Origin: an uncultured Gammaproteobacteria bacterium | GTDB taxonomy: Bacteria > Pseudomonadota > Gammaproteobacteria > Arenicellales > JAANXG01 | Reading direction: 5' to 3' | NCBI GenBank assembly: GCA_947259705.1 | Contig: CAMYNL010000009.1 | Location: 2,197-66,196, forward strand | DNA length: 64,000 nt | Shown here: in pieces, positions 13,612 to 22,982 of the stretch | Layout of the letters: the number at the start of each line of letters is the position of its first letter | How positions within the stretch are numbered: position 1 is the stretch's first letter | Notes under the pieces: generated by a model | The model's input: the letters and a program-made list of their open reading frames with translations, nothing else | Databases searched by the model: none | What the model was told of the DNA's origin: nothing | Made by a program: the position numbers and the translations under genes

Positions 13612-14466
13612 CTAGCGGCCGTGCAGCCGGGCCGCCTCCCAGCCGAGCAGGACACGTTTGCGGGTGACGCCGGCGTGGTAGCCGCCGAAGGCGCCGGTGT
13701 TGCGGATCACCCGGTGGCAGGGGATCAGGTAATGGATCGGATTGCGCGCCACGGCACCCGCCACCGCGCGACTGGCCCCGGCGCGACCGAGGCGCGCCGC
13801 GAGGTCACTGTAGGACAGCACGCCGCCGCCGGGGATCTTCAACAGGGCCTGCCAGACCTGGATCTGAAAATTGGTGCCCTTGACGTTCAAACACAGCGGC
13901 TTGTCCGCTTGCCAGGGTCGCGCAAAGATCCGCTCAACCAGTTCTCCGCTGCGCCGGTCATGCTTGCGGAGCTGTGCCCGGGGCCAGTCCTTACGCAGCT
14001 CGGCGAGCGCCGCGCTGCGGTCGCTGCCGACGAAGCGCAGGCAGCACAAACCGCGATCGGTGGCGGCCGCCAAGCACTCGCCGAAGGGCGTGGCATGGAA
14101 ACCGTAGTCTATCGCCAAACCGACGCCCCCGCGCCCGTACTGGTTCGGGCTGACGCCCTCGCAGCTGACATACAGGTCATGGATGCGGCTGACGCTGGAC
14201 AGGCCGGCGGCCGCACTGGCGGCGAGGACGGATTCACGGTTGCGCAACAGGTCCTTGGTGTAGTCCAGGGTCAGGTATTGCAGAAATCGCTTGGGGCTGA
14301 CCCCGGCCCAGCGGCTGAACACTCGCTGCAGGTGGGCCTGGCTCAGGTGCACATGGCGGGCCACGGACTGCAGGTCCGGTTGTTCCGGCAGCTGGTCATC
14401 GAGATATTCAATCGCCGCCGCGATGCGGCGGTAGTCGCGTGACAGCTCGCGCAGGGTGGTGTTCAT
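13612..14466 (-). CDS. AraC-type HTH fused to methylated-DNA-protein-cysteine methyltransferase (Ada-like)
   Basis: 284 aa; N-terminal AraC HTH (LSQAHLQRVFSRWAGVSPKRFLQY); C-terminal MGMT domain with PCHRV active site. Confidence 0.88.
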   Translation of the reverse strand: MNTTLRELSRDYRRIAAAIEYLDDQLPEQPDLQSVARHVHLSQAHLQRVFSRWAGVSPKRFLQYLTLDYTKDLLRNRESVLAASAAAGLSSVSRIHDLYVSCEGVSPNQYGRGGVGLAIDYGFHATPFGECLAAATDRGLCCLRFVGSDRSAALAELRKDWPRAQLRKHDRRSGELVERIFARPWQADKPLCLNVKGTNFQIQVWQALLKIPGGGVLSYSDLAARLGRAGASRAVAGAVARNPIHYLIPCHRVIRNTGAFGGYHAGVTRKRVLLGWEAARLHGR

Positions 14467-14516
14467 GGGTGCTGATTCTGGAATTTACTCGGCCGCGCGG
14501 CAATCCGTTTCTTGCG

Positions 14517-15194
14517 CTATGTCGCCGTCGCCAGACGCCGTTGCAGAGTCTCCAGCCGTGCCGGCGTTCCCACGTCGTACCAGGCGCCGGTGAAATGCAG
14601 CCCGTGCACCTCGCGGTTGGCGATGGCGCGGCGCAGGATCGGCGCCAGCGGAAATCTACCGGGCGCCAGGTCCGCGAACAGCGCCCGGCGGTACAGCCCG
14701 ACACCACTGAAGGTCAACGGGGTGCCCTGATCGGCGGCGAGGTCGAGGACCAGACCGTGATGCAGACGAAAATCGCCGCCGGGGTGGTGGGGAGGGTTGC
14801 TCACCAGCACCAGCCAGGCCTGCCCCGCAAACTCCCCGGGCAGCGTCCGGAAATCGAAATCGGTCCAGATATCGCCATTGACCACCAGGAACGGGTCGCT
14901 GCCCAGCAGCCGCAGCGCATTGACGATCCCACCGCCGGTCTCCAGGGCACCGGGGGGCTCCGGCGAGTAGCGGATGCTGGTGCCGAACCTGCGGCCAGTG
15001 CCGAGGTGCGCGATGATCTGCTCGCCGAGATGTGCATGGTTCACCACCAAACGCTTGATCCCGGCGCGGGTCAGCGCCTGCACATGACGTTCGATCAGGC
15101 TCTGGCCGCCGGCAGCGAGCAGCGGCTTCGGTGTGCGGTCGGTCAACGGCCGCATTCGCTCGCCGCGGCCGGCGGCAAGAATCAAGGCATCCAT
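14517..15194 (-). CDS. murU: N-acetylmuramate alpha-1-phosphate uridylyltransferase-like nucleotidyltransferase
   Basis: Trimmed to MDALILAAGRGERMRPLTDRTPKPLL (sugar-nucleotidyltransferase signature). ATGA-coupled to upstream amgK. Same pairing next to lptD as in Pseudomonas. Confidence 0.8.
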   Translation of the reverse strand: MDALILAAGRGERMRPLTDRTPKPLLAAGGQSLIERHVQALTRAGIKRLVVNHAHLGEQIIAHLGTGRRFGTSIRYSPEPPGALETGGGIVNALRLLGSDPFLVVNGDIWTDFDFRTLPGEFAGQAWLVLVSNPPHHPGGDFRLHHGLVLDLAADQGTPLTFSGVGLYRRALFADLAPGRFPLAPILRRAIANREVHGLHFTGAWYDVGTPARLETLQRRLATAT

Positions 15195-16225
15195 CAACCG
15201 GCGCCCCGCAGTCGAAGCAGCAGTTCGTAAAAGGGCCGCAGGTCGTCGTAGCGCCTGCAAACCCGCTGCACATAGTTGAACACCAGCGGCAGGTCATCGA
15301 GATAGGCGGATTTACCGTCCCGGTAGTAGAGCCGGGAGAAGATCCCCAGCACTTTGACATGCCGCTGCACTCCCATGCGGTCGAACCACCGGTGGAAAAC
15401 GTCTTCGTCCGCTTCCAGGGGCAGGCCGGACTGCCTTGCCAGCTGGAAATAGCCGTTCACCCACCCATCGACCCGTTGTTGCGGCCATTCGATGTAGCAG
15501 TCGCGCAACAGCGACGCCAGATCGTAGGTAACGGGGCCGGTCACCGCATCCTGAAAATCGAGGATGCCGGGGTTATTGCGCTCGGTAACCATCAGGTTGC
15601 GGGAGTGGTAGTCCCGGTGCACCCACACGCGCGGTTGAGACAGCGCTGAGGCGCACAGCAGGTCGAACGTATGGTCAATGACGGCATGTTCGGCCGCACT
15701 CAGTGTGTGACCCAGGCGGCGCGGGACGTACCACTCGCGAAACAGCTCCAGTTCCGCCCGCAGGCGCACTTCGTCATAGGGCGGGAAGAATTCGGGGTCG
15801 GTGAAAGTCCCGGCCTGCAGCACCACCAGCGCCCCGAGTGCATCGCCATACAGGCGATCAACGGTGTCGGGAGTGAGTCGTGACAAATAGGTGGTGTCGC
15901 CCAGGTCGCTCAGCAACAGGAATCCATTGCCGATATCCTGCTCCAATATCTCTGGAACATTCAGTCCTAACTGTAGGAATTTGCTCGCAGTTCTGATGAA
16001 CGGAGCGGTGTCTTCATGGGTCGGCGGGGCATCCATGACGATGAAACTGTCGGTACCGCCGGTGCGCACGCGGAAGTAACGTCGAAAGCTGGCATCTGCC
16101 GACGCCGGTGTGATACCGAGGTCGGTTCGACCCAGCACCTTGGCAGCCCATACCGTTAATGCCTGCAGCCTTTTATCCAAAAGTCGAGTACCTCTATAAT
16201 CGCGGCTGTCTGCGAACACGACCAT
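15194..16225 (-). CDS. amgK: Anomeric MurNAc/GlcNAc kinase (aminoglycoside phosphotransferase fold)
   Basis: 343 aa; kinase motifs VWVHRDYHSRNLMV and ILDFQDA; divergent from lptD. Confidence 0.8.
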   Translation of the reverse strand: MVVFADSRDYRGTRLLDKRLQALTVWAAKVLGRTDLGITPASADASFRRYFRVRTGGTDSFIVMDAPPTHEDTAPFIRTASKFLQLGLNVPEILEQDIGNGFLLLSDLGDTTYLSRLTPDTVDRLYGDALGALVVLQAGTFTDPEFFPPYDEVRLRAELELFREWYVPRRLGHTLSAAEHAVIDHTFDLLCASALSQPRVWVHRDYHSRNLMVTERNNPGILDFQDAVTGPVTYDLASLLRDCYIEWPQQRVDGWVNGYFQLARQSGLPLEADEDVFHRWFDRMGVQRHVKVLGIFSRLYYRDGKSAYLDDLPLVFNYVQRVCRRYDDLRPFYELLLRLRGAG

Positions 16226-16332
16226 ATATCAATCAAAACAATGGGACGCTCTTCAATTCAGGCTTCCCGGCTTGCGGGGGGCCTAACAGTCGGCTCGTCG
16301 GCAAGATCCACCACTAAGGGGCGGTAGATTCT

Positions 16333-18576
16333 ATGCGATTTTTTTGTCCGAGTAGAAAATCTCAACGTTTCTGCATGATGCGCGCGATCAGCAAGGGCCT
16401 GGCGGTCGGGGGTGTCTGCGCGCTGCCGTGGTTCGCGAGCGAGGCACGAGCGGCCGAGGCCTGTGTGCCGGACATCCTGATGCGGCCGCCGGCTGCCGAG
16501 GTTCCGCCCGGGGCGGAGGGCCTGCCCATTGAGCTGGAAGGCGACGAGGTCGAATCGGTGGGCAAGGACATCGTCACCATGCGCGGCAATGCGATGCTCA
16601 AGCGCGGGCGCGAGACCCTGACCGGTGACGAGATCAGCTATTACCGTGAGACCGATGAGGTGGAGGCCAGCGGCCAGATTCAGCTGCAGTCGGGGTTCGG
16701 TGACAAGATCACCGCGGACTATATCCGCTTTCAGGTGGAGACCCATATCGGCGAGGCGGAGAACGTGCAGTACCGACTGGCCAAGCGCGATCGCAAACCC
16801 AAGGATCCGGAGCAGGCTTATCTGCAGGCCCGTGGCGCAGCGGAGACGATGTACATGGAGGGTCACGATGTCGCCCGCTTCGAAAATGTCACTTATACCA
16901 CCTGCAACGAGGGCAACGACGACGTCATCGTCTCCGCCAAGGAACTGACCCTAGACCAGGGCACCGGTGAAGGGGTCGCCAAGAACGTGAAGGTGAAGTT
17001 CAAGAATGTGCCCATCTTTTACTTCCCGCGCATCAGCTTTCCCATCAGTGACGAGCGTAAGACCGGTTTCCTGTTCCCCATCTTCGGCGTACAGGAGAAT
17101 TCAGGATTCGTGCTTGCGATCCCCTGGTACTGGAATATCGCGCCCAATTACGACGCTACCATCATCCCGCGCGTGTATACCGACCGCGGCGTGCAGCTCG
17201 GAAGTGAATTCCGTTACCTTACGGAAGGGTCGGAGGGTTATGTCTACGGCGAGTATCTGCCCAAGGACAGCAAGTTCGATGACGACGATCGTGCCGCCTT
17301 CACCTACAAGCACCAGCAGCAGTTCACGCCGCGCTTGAGCGGCAACGTTGACGTGCAGTGGGTATCGGATGAACAGTACTTCGATGATTTCAGTAATGAC
17401 ATCCAGATATCCAGCTCCTCTTTCCTGCCGCAGAGGGCGGAGCTGCTCTACCTGGACAATATCTGGCGCGTGCAGGGGCGGGTGTTCGCCTACCAGAGCG
17501 TGGACGACAACGTCAGCTCATTCAGCGAACCCTATGATCGGTTGCCGCAGCTGCGGGCACGCGCCCGCGTGCCGTGGCGACCGTACGGCCTGCGCATGCA
17601 GGTGGACGGGGAATTGGTGAATTTCGCCCACGACGAGCGTATCGAAGGATGGCGTGCCGATCTCACGCCGGAGATCTACCGCGAGTTCGATACGGTATGG
17701 GGGTTTTTCACCCCCAGGGCGGCATTGCGGTATACCGGCTACAACCTGGACAATGTCGATGCGGGTGACGACGACAGCCCGTCCCGCGCATTGCCGGTGC
17801 TGAGCGTGGATACGGGCCTGTTCTTCGAGCGTCGTTCCAGCTGGCTGGGCAACCCGTTTACCCACACCCTGGAACCGCGGCTGTTCTATGTCTACATTCC
17901 CGAGAAAGACCAGGACGACCTGCCGGTGTTCGACACCAACGAAATCAATCTCAACAACTTTTCCAACGCCTTTCGTGAGAATCGCTTCTTCGGCGCCGAC
18001 CGGGTCGGCGACGCCAACCAGGTCACCGTCGGCCTGACCAGCCGCATGATCGACTCGCAAAATGGTGTGGAATGGATGCGTGGCAGCATCGGCCAGATCT
18101 TCTTCTTCGAGGACCGCGAGGTCACCCTGCCGCCTGGTCGGATCCGTACCGAGGACACCTCGGATTTTCTGGCCGAGGTGCAGGCCAGGTTGACGGCGCA
18201 CTGGACCACCTCAGGTTATCTTCAGTACAACGTGGAGGACAACAATGTCAGGGTGGGCAGGGTCAACCTGGACTACCGCATTGACCCGCGCCGCTTCGTT
18301 GACTTGGAATACCGGTTCACGCGCGATAGCATCGAGCAGGTCGGGCTGCGCGCCCAGTGGCCGATAGGCCCGCGCTGGCAGTTGCTGGTTGAAGAGCTCT
18401 ACTCGATCCAGGACTCGGAGAACCTGTTCACGGAACTGGGGGTCGAATATGACGGCTGTTGCTGGAAGGTGCGCGCATTCGGGCAGCGCCGGGTATTGTC
18501 TGACGAGAGCGTTCGCTATGCATTCATCATGGAACTTGAATTGACGGGATTGGCGCGGGTTCGCGCCGGGATCTAG
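16333..18576 (+). CDS. lptD: LPS-assembly outer-membrane protein LptD
   Basis: 747 aa; signal peptide, OstA N-domain, large beta-barrel, C-terminal CC pair (YDGCCWKV); followed by surA. Confidence 0.95.
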   Translation: MRFFCPSRKSQRFCMMRAISKGLAVGGVCALPWFASEARAAEACVPDILMRPPAAEVPPGAEGLPIELEGDEVESVGKDIVTMRGNAMLKRGRETLTGDEISYYRETDEVEASGQIQLQSGFGDKITADYIRFQVETHIGEAENVQYRLAKRDRKPKDPEQAYLQARGAAETMYMEGHDVARFENVTYTTCNEGNDDVIVSAKELTLDQGTGEGVAKNVKVKFKNVPIFYFPRISFPISDERKTGFLFPIFGVQENSGFVLAIPWYWNIAPNYDATIIPRVYTDRGVQLGSEFRYLTEGSEGYVYGEYLPKDSKFDDDDRAAFTYKHQQQFTPRLSGNVDVQWVSDEQYFDDFSNDIQISSSSFLPQRAELLYLDNIWRVQGRVFAYQSVDDNVSSFSEPYDRLPQLRARARVPWRPYGLRMQVDGELVNFAHDERIEGWRADLTPEIYREFDTVWGFFTPRAALRYTGYNLDNVDAGDDDSPSRALPVLSVDTGLFFERRSSWLGNPFTHTLEPRLFYVYIPEKDQDDLPVFDTNEINLNNFSNAFRENRFFGADRVGDANQVTVGLTSRMIDSQNGVEWMRGSIGQIFFFEDREVTLPPGRIRTEDTSDFLAEVQARLTAHWTTSGYLQYNVEDNNVRVGRVNLDYRIDPRRFVDLEYRFTRDSIEQVGLRAQWPIGPRWQLLVEELYSIQDSENLFTELGVEYDGCCWKVRAFGQRRVLSDESVRYAFIMELELTGLARVRAGI

Positions 18577-18662
18577 CCCGCGCTTCCGCCCCACCCGAAG
18601 GCGCCCCACGGGATGGTCGGCCGGGCGCGGCCGGCAGCCATCGTGGTGCCGCGGATCTGGCT

Positions 18663-19994
18663 TTGCAGAATTTGGTATCTATGAACACCTTGTTGCGTTA
18701 CTGGAAAGAGTGGACGGTGATCGCTGTCCTGCTGCTGGCGGGGGCGAACGGCCGCGCCGAGACCATCGACGGCATCCTGGCCATCGTCAACGACGACGTC
18801 ATCACGGATTCGGAGTTTCAGGATCGTTACCGGAACATTCTTCGGGACCTCGCGGCGCGCAATGCGGACCTGCCGCCCGCCGACATACTGCGGCGCCAGG
18901 TACTCGAACGCATGATCACGGAGAAGATTCAGCTGCAGGTGGCACAACGGCTGGGAATCCGCGTAGGCGAGGACACAGTGGACGACGCGGTACGCTCGCT
19001 GGCGCGTAATAACCGCATGGACCTGCCCCAGTTCCGCGCCGCGCTGGAGCGCGACGGTGTCGACATGGCCAACCTGCGCAATAATATCCGTAATCAGATA
19101 ACGATCCGCCGGTTGGTGGAGCGGGAAGTGGCGAGCAGGGTGACCATCAGCGACGAAGAGATCGAGACCTTTCTGGCCGGCCCCACGACCCGCACCGCGG
19201 CACGCGAATACGACATCTCACATGTCCTCGTCCGTATCCCCGAGCTGGCGTCGACCGACGCGCTCAACAGCGCGCGGGCCCGGGCGGATCAAGCCTACTC
19301 GCGGATATCCGAGGGCATGGCTTTCGAACAGGCCGCGGTGAGATACTCGCAGGCCGATGACGCGTTGGAGGGTGGCAGACTCGGCTGGCGCAAGCCGGGC
19401 CAGTTGCCGACCCTGTTCCTGGATGCGTTGAACGAACTGGAACCCGGGCAGGTCAGCGAGGTGCTGCGCAGCCCCAACGGGTTCCATATCCTCAGGCTCA
19501 ACGAGCTGCGTGGTGGCGGCGCGAAATCGATCACCCAGACCCACGCGCGACACATTTTGATCAAGACCGACGAGTTTATTACGCCCGCGGAGGCCACGCG
19601 GCGGCTGAGTGAAATCCGTGAACGCATTATCAATGGCGAGGATTTCGGCGCCCTGGCGCGCGTCCACTCCGATGACACGGTATCTGGCATACGCGGCGGC
19701 GACCTGGACTGGGTGTCGCCGGGCGAGGTGGTGCGTCCGTTCGAGCAGGCCATGGACCGCCTGCAGCCCGGCGAAATCAGTGAACCTGTACGGTCGCCGT
19801 TCGGTGTGCACATCATCCAGGTGCTGGAACGACGAGAACAGACCGTGGCGGAAGATATCGACCGCAGCAACGCCCGCGACCAGCTGCGGGCGCGCAAGAC
19901 CGATGAGCGCTACGAGCAGTGGCTGCGCAGATTGCGTGACGAGTCCTACGTCGAGGTGCTGCCCGCCGACCGAACTGCCGGCAGGCCGTCGTGA
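18663..19994 (+). CDS. surA: Periplasmic chaperone/PPIase SurA
   Basis: 443 aa; signal peptide; two parvulin-like repeats (...GFHILRL... and ...GVHIIQV...). Start may be ATG 18681. Confidence 0.93.
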   Translation: MQNLVSMNTLLRYWKEWTVIAVLLLAGANGRAETIDGILAIVNDDVITDSEFQDRYRNILRDLAARNADLPPADILRRQVLERMITEKIQLQVAQRLGIRVGEDTVDDAVRSLARNNRMDLPQFRAALERDGVDMANLRNNIRNQITIRRLVEREVASRVTISDEEIETFLAGPTTRTAAREYDISHVLVRIPELASTDALNSARARADQAYSRISEGMAFEQAAVRYSQADDALEGGRLGWRKPGQLPTLFLDALNELEPGQVSEVLRSPNGFHILRLNELRGGGAKSITQTHARHILIKTDEFITPAEATRRLSEIRERIINGEDFGALARVHSDDTVSGIRGGDLDWVSPGEVVRPFEQAMDRLQPGEISEPVRSPFGVHIIQVLERREQTVAEDIDRSNARDQLRARKTDERYEQWLRRLRDESYVEVLPADRTAGRPS

Positions 19995-20005
19995 GCTGAA
20001 ACAAA

Positions 20006-20027
20006 GAGGGCGCCCGCAGGCGCCCTC
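20006..20027. terminator. Bidirectional hairpin between convergent surA and amtB
   Basis: GAGGGCGCC-cgca-GGCGCCCTC: perfect 9-bp GC-rich stem with a 4-nt loop. Confidence 0.6.
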
Positions 20028-20055
20028 CGTGTTGGATGATCCGGTTATACCGACA

Positions 20056-21324
20056 TCACTTGTTTGCCGCGGTGGTGAACTCGGGATAGGCCTCCATGCC
20101 GCACTCGGCCACGTCCACGCCCTGGAATTCGTCCTCCTCACTGACGCGGATGCCGACTATGGCCTTTAGGATCGCCCACACGATGAGGCTGGAGACGAAC
20201 ACGAATACCAGTATCGTTACCAGTCCAATGAGCTGGGCGCTGAAGCTGGCATCGCCGTTGGTCAGCGGCACGGCCATGAGGCCCCACATGCCGACCGTGC
20301 CGTGGGCGGAGATTGCGCCCACCGGGTCGTCGATCTTGAGCCGGTCGAGCGCCAACACCGAGAACACGACCAACACGCCGCCCGCGGCGCCGATCAGGGT
20401 GGCGGCCAACGGCGAGGGTGCCAGCGGTTCCGCGGTGATTGCAACCAGGCCCGCGATGGCACCGTTCAAGGTCATGGTAAGGTCGGCCTTGCCCAAGAAC
20501 AGACGCGCGGTGATCAACGCCGCGGCCACGCCGCCTGCCGCGGCCGCGTTGGTGTTGACGAAAACCGCCGCCACCGCATTGGCCTCTCCCACGTTGGACA
20601 CGATGAGCTCCGAGCCGCCGTTGAACCCGAACCAGCCCAGCCAGAGGATGAAGGTCCCCAGGGTGGCCAGCGGCATGTTCGCGCCGGGGATGGCGTTGAT
20701 TCTGCCGTCCTTGCTGTATTTACCCTTGCGTGCGCCGAGCAACAGCACCCCGGCCAGCGCTGCGGAGGCGCCGGTCAGGTGCACCACGCCGGAGCCGGCA
20801 AAGTCATTGAAGCCGAGTTCATCAAGGAAACCGCCGCCCCATTTCCAGAAGCCCTGGATTGGATAGATGAAGCCGGTCAGCACGACGCAGAAGGCCAGGA
20901 ACGGCCATAGCTTCATGCGTTCCGCCACGGCGCCGGAGACGATCGACATGGCGGTGGCGACGAACACGACCTGGAAGAAAAAGTCGGCGCGGACGGAGTA
21001 ATACGAGCCGTCATACCAGGCCCCGGGATCGGTCTGCAGTACTTCCGCTGGGTTGTTGTCCGCCCCCAGCAAGAAACTCATCCCCGGCCAATACGCGCTT
21101 ACCGCCTCGCCGGGATACATGATGTTGTACCCGACCAGCATGTACATGATGCACGCGATGGCATACAAAGATATATTTTTGGTGAGGATCTCGGTTGTGT
21201 TCTTGGATCGCACCAGGCCCGCCTCCAGCATGGCAAAGCCCGCCGCCATCCACATCACCAGTGCTCCCGAGACCAGGAAATAAAATGTGTCTAAGGCATA
21301 GCGAAGATTAAGGATGTCTTCCAC
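20056..21324 (-). CDS. amtB: Ammonium transporter
   Basis: 422 aa polytopic; Amt-family segments AGFAMLEAGLVRSKN and DFAGSGVVHLTGA; downstream of glnK. Confidence 0.95.
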   Translation of the reverse strand: MEDILNLRYALDTFYFLVSGALVMWMAAGFAMLEAGLVRSKNTTEILTKNISLYAIACIMYMLVGYNIMYPGEAVSAYWPGMSFLLGADNNPAEVLQTDPGAWYDGSYYSVRADFFFQVVFVATAMSIVSGAVAERMKLWPFLAFCVVLTGFIYPIQGFWKWGGGFLDELGFNDFAGSGVVHLTGASAALAGVLLLGARKGKYSKDGRINAIPGANMPLATLGTFILWLGWFGFNGGSELIVSNVGEANAVAAVFVNTNAAAAGGVAAALITARLFLGKADLTMTLNGAIAGLVAITAEPLAPSPLAATLIGAAGGVLVVFSVLALDRLKIDDPVGAISAHGTVGMWGLMAVPLTNGDASFSAQLIGLVTILVFVFVSSLIVWAILKAIVGIRVSEEDEFQGVDVAECGMEAYPEFTTAANK

Positions 21325-21354
21325 TTGTTTTTCCTCCGAATGTCGGATCCCGAA

Positions 21355-21708
<354 letters not shown>

Positions 21709-21719
21709 TTAAAGGGTGC

Positions 21720-21747
21720 GCCCGTTCACCCCAGTCGGTGAACGGGC
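21720..21747 (-). terminator. Intercistronic hairpin between the porin gene and glnK
   Basis: GCCCGTTCACC-ccagtc-GGTGAACGGGC: perfect 11-bp stem. No clear U-tract, so it could be an attenuator, terminator or processing site. Confidence 0.4.
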
Positions 21748-21757
21748 AGTCATCCGA

Positions 21758-22453
21758 TTACAGTGATTTCGAGAGCGAGAACACGACGCGGTCCTTGGCT
21801 ACGTCGCCGAAAAGAGCCTCGCCGTCGCTGTTGGTATCGTAATAGGTCAGGTCCCAGGTGAGGCCGAAGTAGTCGACCGACGCACCCAGGCTCCAGCCGG
21901 TATACTTGTCATCGAAGTCATCCGACTCGAAGCGACCGACGGTAGCGGCGAGATTTACCGGGCCTACCGGGTAGTCGATGCCACCTTCCACCCAGATGTA
22001 ATTGTCGGTGTCACCCGCAATGCCGAGGCCATTGTCGACGCTGTAATAGAGCTTGGCGCTGAGGAACCGCCAGTTTGCGCCACCGTAGATTTCCGTGATG
22101 CTGTCGTTGGCCTGGTCGTCGAAGTACTTGTAGTAGATGATGCCCAGATCAATGCCCCAGCCATTGTCCCATTCCCTGGCGTAGCCGCCGTACAGGTCGA
22201 TCTCGATGGTGGCGTCGTCTCCGAAATCGACGTTGGATGCCCAGGTGCCGACGTATAAGCCCATGCCGGAATCCACGTCAAAACCGCCCTGGATGGCCGG
22301 TTCTTCATTGGTCTGGGATATGTATCGAAAGACGTAATCCGAGGCCAGGGTGACGTTACCGGACACGGATGCCTGCGCCAGTGCTGTGGTCGTGGTGGCG
22401 ACCATGCCGCACATCGCCAAAACCTGACCCACCTTGCGTGTTGAAATCTTCAT
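21758..22453 (-). CDS. Outer-membrane beta-barrel protein (TIGR02001/TorF-like family as I recall it)
   Basis: Trimmed to MKISTRK (GGAG RBS); signal peptide ending ALAQA; GNVTLASDYVFRYISQT...PAIQGGFD...GTWASNVDF...EIDLYGGY pattern. Confidence 0.7.
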   Translation of the reverse strand: MKISTRKVGQVLAMCGMVATTTTALAQASVSGNVTLASDYVFRYISQTNEEPAIQGGFDVDSGMGLYVGTWASNVDFGDDATIEIDLYGGYAREWDNGWGIDLGIIYYKYFDDQANDSITEIYGGANWRFLSAKLYYSVDNGLGIAGDTDNYIWVEGGIDYPVGPVNLAATVGRFESDDFDDKYTGWSLGASVDYFGLTWDLTYYDTNSDGEALFGDVAKDRVVFSLSKSL

Positions 22454-22524
22454 TTGTCGTATCTCCGAGTTGTATTGGCTCAAATGTCAGTCGAGTCGTT
22501 ATAAGTCGCTGCTGACAGCGCCTT

Positions 22525-22541
22525 AAGCAGAAACCGTGCCA
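22525..22541 (-). promoter_or_regulatory. Candidate sigma-54 (-24/-12) promoter for porin-glnK-amtB
   Basis: The minus strand reads TGGCACGGTTTCTGCTT, with GG and GC at canonical spacing (consensus TGGCAC-N5-TTGCW). About 70 nt upstream of the porin start. Confidence 0.6.
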
Positions 22542-22636
22542 ACTCAATTTGTTGTAGAAATAACAACAAGTTGTTACCTGTTGTGGCGATGGCACGACAG
22601 CTCCGTGCACCGTGCGGGAGCGCGTCCGGTGGCGCT

Positions 22637-22651
22637 CGCACCGTTATCGTG
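22637..22651. promoter_or_regulatory. Candidate NtrC-type enhancer half-site pair
   Basis: GCACCGTTATCGTGC (GCAC-N7-GTGC dyad), about 100 bp upstream of the sigma-54 element. Confidence 0.35.
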
Positions 22652-22689
22652 CGGTGGCGGCGCGGGCCCGCCATCGCTACAATCGAGCC

Positions 22690-22941
22690 ATGTCGGCGAA
22701 GCAAAAAGACGTCTTTGATCAGCTTGCCGCGGCCCTGCGTAGTGCGTTGCCGAACGGGTTGACGGACGAGGTGAGCATGAACCTGCATGCCGCCCTGCGC
22801 AGCGTCTGTGAACGCCTCGAACTGGTGACGCGGGAGGAACTGGAGGTCCAGGAGGCCGTGCTGCAGCGGACGCGGGCCAAGGTCGAGCAGCTGGAGGAAC
22901 AGCTTTCCGCGCTGGAACGGGAAATCAGGCCGAAAGCCTGA
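22690..22941 (+). CDS. ubiK: UbiK/YqiC family accessory factor
   Basis: Trimmed to MSAKQKDVFDQL...; LELVTREELEVQEAVLQRTRAKVEQLEEQLSALE coiled coil typical of the family. Confidence 0.75.
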   Translation: MSAKQKDVFDQLAAALRSALPNGLTDEVSMNLHAALRSVCERLELVTREELEVQEAVLQRTRAKVEQLEEQLSALEREIRPKA

Positions 22942-22982
22942 ACCAAGGAGGGATGGATCAATGAAACCAGGGATCGGTTCAA

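Noticed and set aside
22541-22553. ACTCAATTTGTTG as an IHF site (WATCAANNNNTTR with one mismatch).
   Set aside because: It abuts the -24 element rather than lying midway between enhancer and promoter. A single-mismatch IHF match in AT-rich DNA is weak evidence.
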